DNA of 10,042 bases, from NCBI GenBank assembly GCA_033764015.1, contig JANRJK010000042.1, positions 1 to 10,042 on the forward strand, written 5' to 3'. Shown piece by piece: positions 8,201 to 10,042 of the stretch. A program made the position numbers and the translations under genes. This stretch comes from Candidatus Sumerlaeia bacterium. GTDB taxonomy: Bacteria; Sumerlaeota; Sumerlaeia; SLMS01; JANRJK01. The notes beneath the pieces are model-generated. The model had not been told where the DNA came from. It worked only from the letters and a program-made list of their open reading frames with translations, and made no database searches. The first letter of the stretch is position 1. The number at the start of each line of letters is the position of its first letter.

Positions 8201-8528
8201 CCTCGAGTTCGTCGATATCAAGCCCTTTGCTCCGCGCACGGAGCCGCAGGTCCTCGCGGAGCCGCTTCACAGCCACAGTCCGCGAAAGTGATACTTGGAC
8301 GGCGGTCCAGACTTCACCGAACCCTCCCTGCGCGATCTGCTCGCGCAGTTCGACCGGAGAGCCCGCTTCGGTCCCGGTGGCGGAGGGTGACCTCGCCGGC
8401 GCCGCCCCCGCCTCCTGCGCCACCGTTTCCCGCTCGGAAGGGCGCTGGAGCAGAGCCGTTTTCCCGGGGTTCAGGGAAGCGCGGGGACTTTCCAGCATGT
8501 CGAGGAGCGACAAGGTCTTTGAGTCCAC
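5217..8528 (-). CDS. Membrane-anchored Hanks-type Ser/Thr protein kinase with C-terminal TPR-like repeats, about 1100 aa
   Basis: IAQGGFGEVW (Gly loop), VAVK, FRREG (helix C Glu), HPNILPIYD, HRDLKPAQVM, DWG, GTPAFMAPEQ, WTDVYLLGGMLY, PEDR. TM helix VGIAASALLFLVVAATAV (7145-7092) follows basic RLRQRERQRK; about 9 TPR-like units follow. Start uncertain (GTG 8543, GTG 8528 or ATG 8498). The track's extension to 9026 overlaps mreC and is spurious. Confidence 0.93.
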   Translation of the reverse strand: MDSKTLSLLDMLESPRASLNPGKTALLQRPSERETVAQEAGAAPARSPSATGTEAGSPVELREQIAQGGFGEVWTAVQVSLSRTVAVKRLREDLRLRARSKGLDIDELEEDFRREGLTAARLDHPNILPIYDLTGDARGRPMMAMKLVRGESWHLDMVADFPKLQPREFLAKHLPILIAVSQAVAFAHSRGVVHRDLKPAQVMVGEFGEALLMDWGLAILFDPAAFQEASRSERAINASTRQSAPNPAGTPAFMAPEQTEPSAENIGPWTDVYLLGGMLYYLLTGTAPHDAPNSKIAFEKARRGVPEHPSERMPGREMPEELVAITLRAMRPKPEDRHSSAKAFISALNDHLAGTGRRRESELLTGEAAAAASRAPLQYSDYSSILVQLEKARRLWAENPSVPRLEAEIRKQFARLALGNSDLTLARAQVAGLADGDDRSQLLRGIGAAESRLRQRERQRKVGIAASALLFLVVAATAVRLRFALATIDAKNEALTAQIARAEAARGDAEELMNLMLVKVQPELSRASGLGVLAEVGDLALAYFDRIAAEDRSEGTKVRHALALRQVGEILASQGNLAEALRILEQSLAIRQQKASAGSPADPDEDRNLAITQELIGRIHARQGALDEAMTWLQRSTAIRTRMKELHPDSADAAVELAGSLQQIGHVQWQQGDLRGALASYRGQADLMGEAIGIAPDAVNHLYGYSSALNNVGDALLQLGDLAAALVDYRNAQALAKQVNAASPEDSMYRHNVAVSSAKVGDVLWYQGDYAGALEEYTQAVAISEELTRRDPLNVNWRRSTAIYYQSIGDTHDSSGDPEKALEALRRSLEERRRLTELSNSPEYRSDYLTSLSRIGGLLYNNGKPGEALELFSEALAIAESLERESGEGVRRKRDVALARKDVGRAFRALGEFDKSEQALKTSAATLSALIASNGDDTSLRQELGVVQQSLGMTYAAAGRPREAAIAYKAGLSAIRSLFELEPDNAKRRLDYLLMSAIIGEFAASAAPDSSVLAAVIDAEAAAAAARDALTLAEVDVWRRLALARCLLLHKMGRPAESCERLRQILEDNLIDPAVANEFDTFVELQNLAPECLGDEVGDRAPR
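5575..6850 (-). repeat. About 9 tandem TPR-like protein repeats (about 48-49 aa period)
   Basis: Units: VGEILASQGNLAEAL, IGRIHARQGALDEAM, IGHVQWQQGDLRGAL, VGDALLQLGDLAAAL, VGDVLWYQGDYAGAL, IGDTHDSSGDPEKAL, IGGLLYNNGKPGEAL, VGRAFRALGEFDKSE, LGMTYAAAGRPREAA, with P-D/E-type linkers (HPDS, APDA, SPED, DPLN, EPDN). Confidence 0.88.
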
Positions 8529-8703
8529 GACAGGGGTTCGCACTCCGGGTGGATGGGTGCGGGGGGCCCCGCCTTCACTGGAATGCTTCGGGCGTGGAGA
8601 CTTGACGGCAAGGGGAAGGCACCCGTGCTGGTGCGCGCCATCCCAGCGCCCGGCCGCGGCGGGCGTGCGCGTCCACCCCTGACGCCCCCCTCCCCCGCGC
8701 GCC

Positions 8704-8758
8704 TTGACATTCTGCGGACGCGCGTGGGCACGGTGCGGGGATAGGCTTGCGCGAGGTG
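8704..8758 (+). promoter_or_regulatory. Putative -35 hexamer and ribosome-binding site of mreC
   Basis: TTGACA at 8704-8709 (exact sigma70 -35 match, but no recognisable -10 at 17-nt spacing); GAGGTG at 8753-8758, 6 nt before ATG 8765. Confidence 0.4.
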
Positions 8759-8764
8759 CGCCCG

Positions 8765-9619
8765 ATGCATGTTTCCGCCCGCAGGACCCAGGCTCCACGG
8801 CACGCCGCGCTCGCGGTGGCGGGGGTGCTGGCGTGCGCCGGGGTGTTGGCGCTGGTGCCGACGTTTTCGGCGGCGCCGGGGGCGGCGGCCGGGTGGTCCG
8901 CGGGGACGCTGCTGTCGCCGGTGTGGGAGGCGGGGGCGGGGCTGCACCGGGCGAGCGAGCGGTTGTGGCGGCGGGCGTTCGGGGCGGCGGCGCTGGAGGA
9001 GGAGAACGCGGCGCTGCGGCGGGCACTGACGGAGCTGCAGGTGGCGCAGGCGCTGGGGGCGGCGGAGGGGCAGGCGGCGGGCGCGCGGCTGGGGGCGGCG
9101 GCGTTGACGGAGCCGCTCGGCGAGTCGATCGAGACGGCGGTGCTGGGGCCCGCGCCGAACGCGGGGCGGCGGCTGCTGGCGGTCAACGCGGGGTCGCTGG
9201 CGGGCGTCGCGCAGGGGATGCTGGTGCTCGGGCCGGGCGGTGTCGCCGGGCGGGTGGACCGCGTGTTCCCGTCGGCGTGCCTGGTGGAGCTGCTGGCGGA
9301 CCGCGAGTCGCGCTGGGGCGCGGTGGCGGAGCAGAGCGGCGACGTGGGGCTGCTGCGCGGGGTGTCGCGCGACGGCTTCGCGGAGGTGGAGTTCGACTCG
9401 ATGACGGTTTCCGCGGCGCCGGGCGAGCGCCTGCTGACGACGGGACGGCTGGGCTCGGGGCTGGTGGCGGGGCTGCCGCTGGGGACCATCGTGCGGGTGT
9501 CGCAGGGGCCCTCCGGGACCATGGTGGCGGAGGTGGAGCTGGCGGAGCCGGGCACCGGGTCGCCGCTGCTCTACGTGGTGCCGGCGCCGAAGCTGGATTG
9601 GCAGGTGCCGCAGCGTTGA
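8765..9619 (+). CDS. mreC: Rod shape-determining protein MreC, 284 aa
   Basis: N-terminal TM, LSP motif, coiled coil LEEENAALRRALTEL, then LAVNAGSLAGVAQGMLVLGPGGVAGRV (MreC I-x-x-G-x-x-x-G-V-x-x-G-M-x-V...G-x-x-G-R-V), VELLAD, GLLRG, GERLLTTG...G...AGLPLGTI (GD-x-V-x-TSG...P-x-G-L-P-V-G). ATG 8765 has a good SD. Confidence 0.9.
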   Translation: MHVSARRTQAPRHAALAVAGVLACAGVLALVPTFSAAPGAAAGWSAGTLLSPVWEAGAGLHRASERLWRRAFGAAALEEENAALRRALTELQVAQALGAAEGQAAGARLGAAALTEPLGESIETAVLGPAPNAGRRLLAVNAGSLAGVAQGMLVLGPGGVAGRVDRVFPSACLVELLADRESRWGAVAEQSGDVGLLRGVSRDGFAEVEFDSMTVSAAPGERLLTTGRLGSGLVAGLPLGTIVRVSQGPSGTMVAEVELAEPGTGSPLLYVVPAPKLDWQVPQR

Positions 9620-10042
9620 GGCGCGGGGGCGCGGCGCGGGAGGCGGCGCTGGGCGCGGGCGCGGCGCTCGGCTGGGGCGCGGGCGCGCTGTTCCTCTCGG
9701 GGCTGCTGGGGGGCGTGGCGTTCGACGTGGGGTTCGCGGCGGTGCTGGGCGCGGCGCTGCGTGGCGGTCCCGCGCGGCGGCTCGGGGCGCTGGGGGGCGC
9801 GGCGCTGCTGGCGTCCTTCGACGCGCCGCTGGGGCCTGCGCTGGCGCTGGCGTGCGGCTGGCCTGCGCTGTTCGCGGACGAGGGCGCGGACGACACCGCG
9901 GCGCGGGTCCGCGCGGCGCTGCGGACGGGAGCGGCCTACCTCGCGATTTGGTTGATTGTGTCAAGCATCGCCGCCGGCTTCCCGCCCGCGGGTGCCGGGG
10001 CGATGGCGGCGTCGCTCGGGGGCGTCGCGGCGGCGCTGGCGG
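9616..10042 (+). CDS. Ala/Gly/Leu-rich multi-pass membrane protein, probable divergent MreD, 3'-truncated by the window edge
   Basis: Not in the ORF track. TTG 9616-9618 overlaps the mreC TGA (TTGA, 4-nt coupling), with AGGTG 8 nt upstream. Open to the end of the window: MRRGGAAREAALGAGAALGWGAGALFLSGLLGGVAFDVGFAAVLGAALRGGPARRLGALGGAALLASFDAPLGPALALACGWPALFADEGADDTAARVRAALRTGAAYLAIWLIVSSIAAGFPP... The CDS is well supported; MreD identity rests mostly on position and hydrophobicity. Confidence 0.65.
   Translation, partial: MRRGGAAREAALGAGAALGWGAGALFLSGLLGGVAFDVGFAAVLGAALRGGPARRLGALGGAALLASFDAPLGPALALACGWPALFADEGADDTAARVRAALRTGAAYLAIWLIVSSIAAGFPPAGAGAMAASLGGVAAALA

Noticed and set aside
8667..8723. 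8-bp inverted repeat GCGCGTCC/GGACGCGC flanking the TTGACA
   Set aside because: Short, almost all G/C, in very GC-rich DNA; expected by chance.
8529..9026. N-terminal extension of the kinase ORF to 9026, and the minus ORFs 8471..9964, 8575..9555 and 9183..9896
   Set aside because: Low-complexity Pro/Arg/Ala translations of the antisense strand of mreC/mreD; they overlap genuine genes.
8870..10042. Recurrent GGCGGCG/GCGCTG runs
   Set aside because: Explained by Ala/Gly/Leu codons (GCG, GGC, CTG); no fixed period or spacer structure.

Overview
GC-rich bacterial chromosomal window with five coding regions, two of which run off the window edges and are missing from the ORF track. Minus strand, right to left: (i) a Hanks-type Ser/Thr kinase with a TM helix and about 9 TPR-like repeats (about 8528..5217), carrying non-canonical HRDLKPAQ and DWG motifs; (ii) a DinG-family Fe-S helicase with an N-terminal JAB/MPN (RadC-like) domain (4854..2248); (iii) a secreted protein of at least 679 aa (2038..<1) with a Gly-rich FHA-like beta-helix followed by a DNRLRE-like domain. 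Plus strand, divergent: mreC (8765..9619) with no mreB in front of it, and a coupled, very divergent MreD-like membrane protein (9616..>10042). Non-coding signals are a roughly 190-nt nested fold-back between the kinase and dinG (candidate structured RNA) and a degenerate BoxC-like repeat downstream of dinG. I see no CRISPR array, mobile element, tRNA or rRNA. The sequence does not support one coherent novel system; the best leads are the intergenic fold-back, the N-to-Q kinase, the mosaic secreted protein and the JAB-DinG fusion. All family calls come from motif recognition by eye, not database searches.
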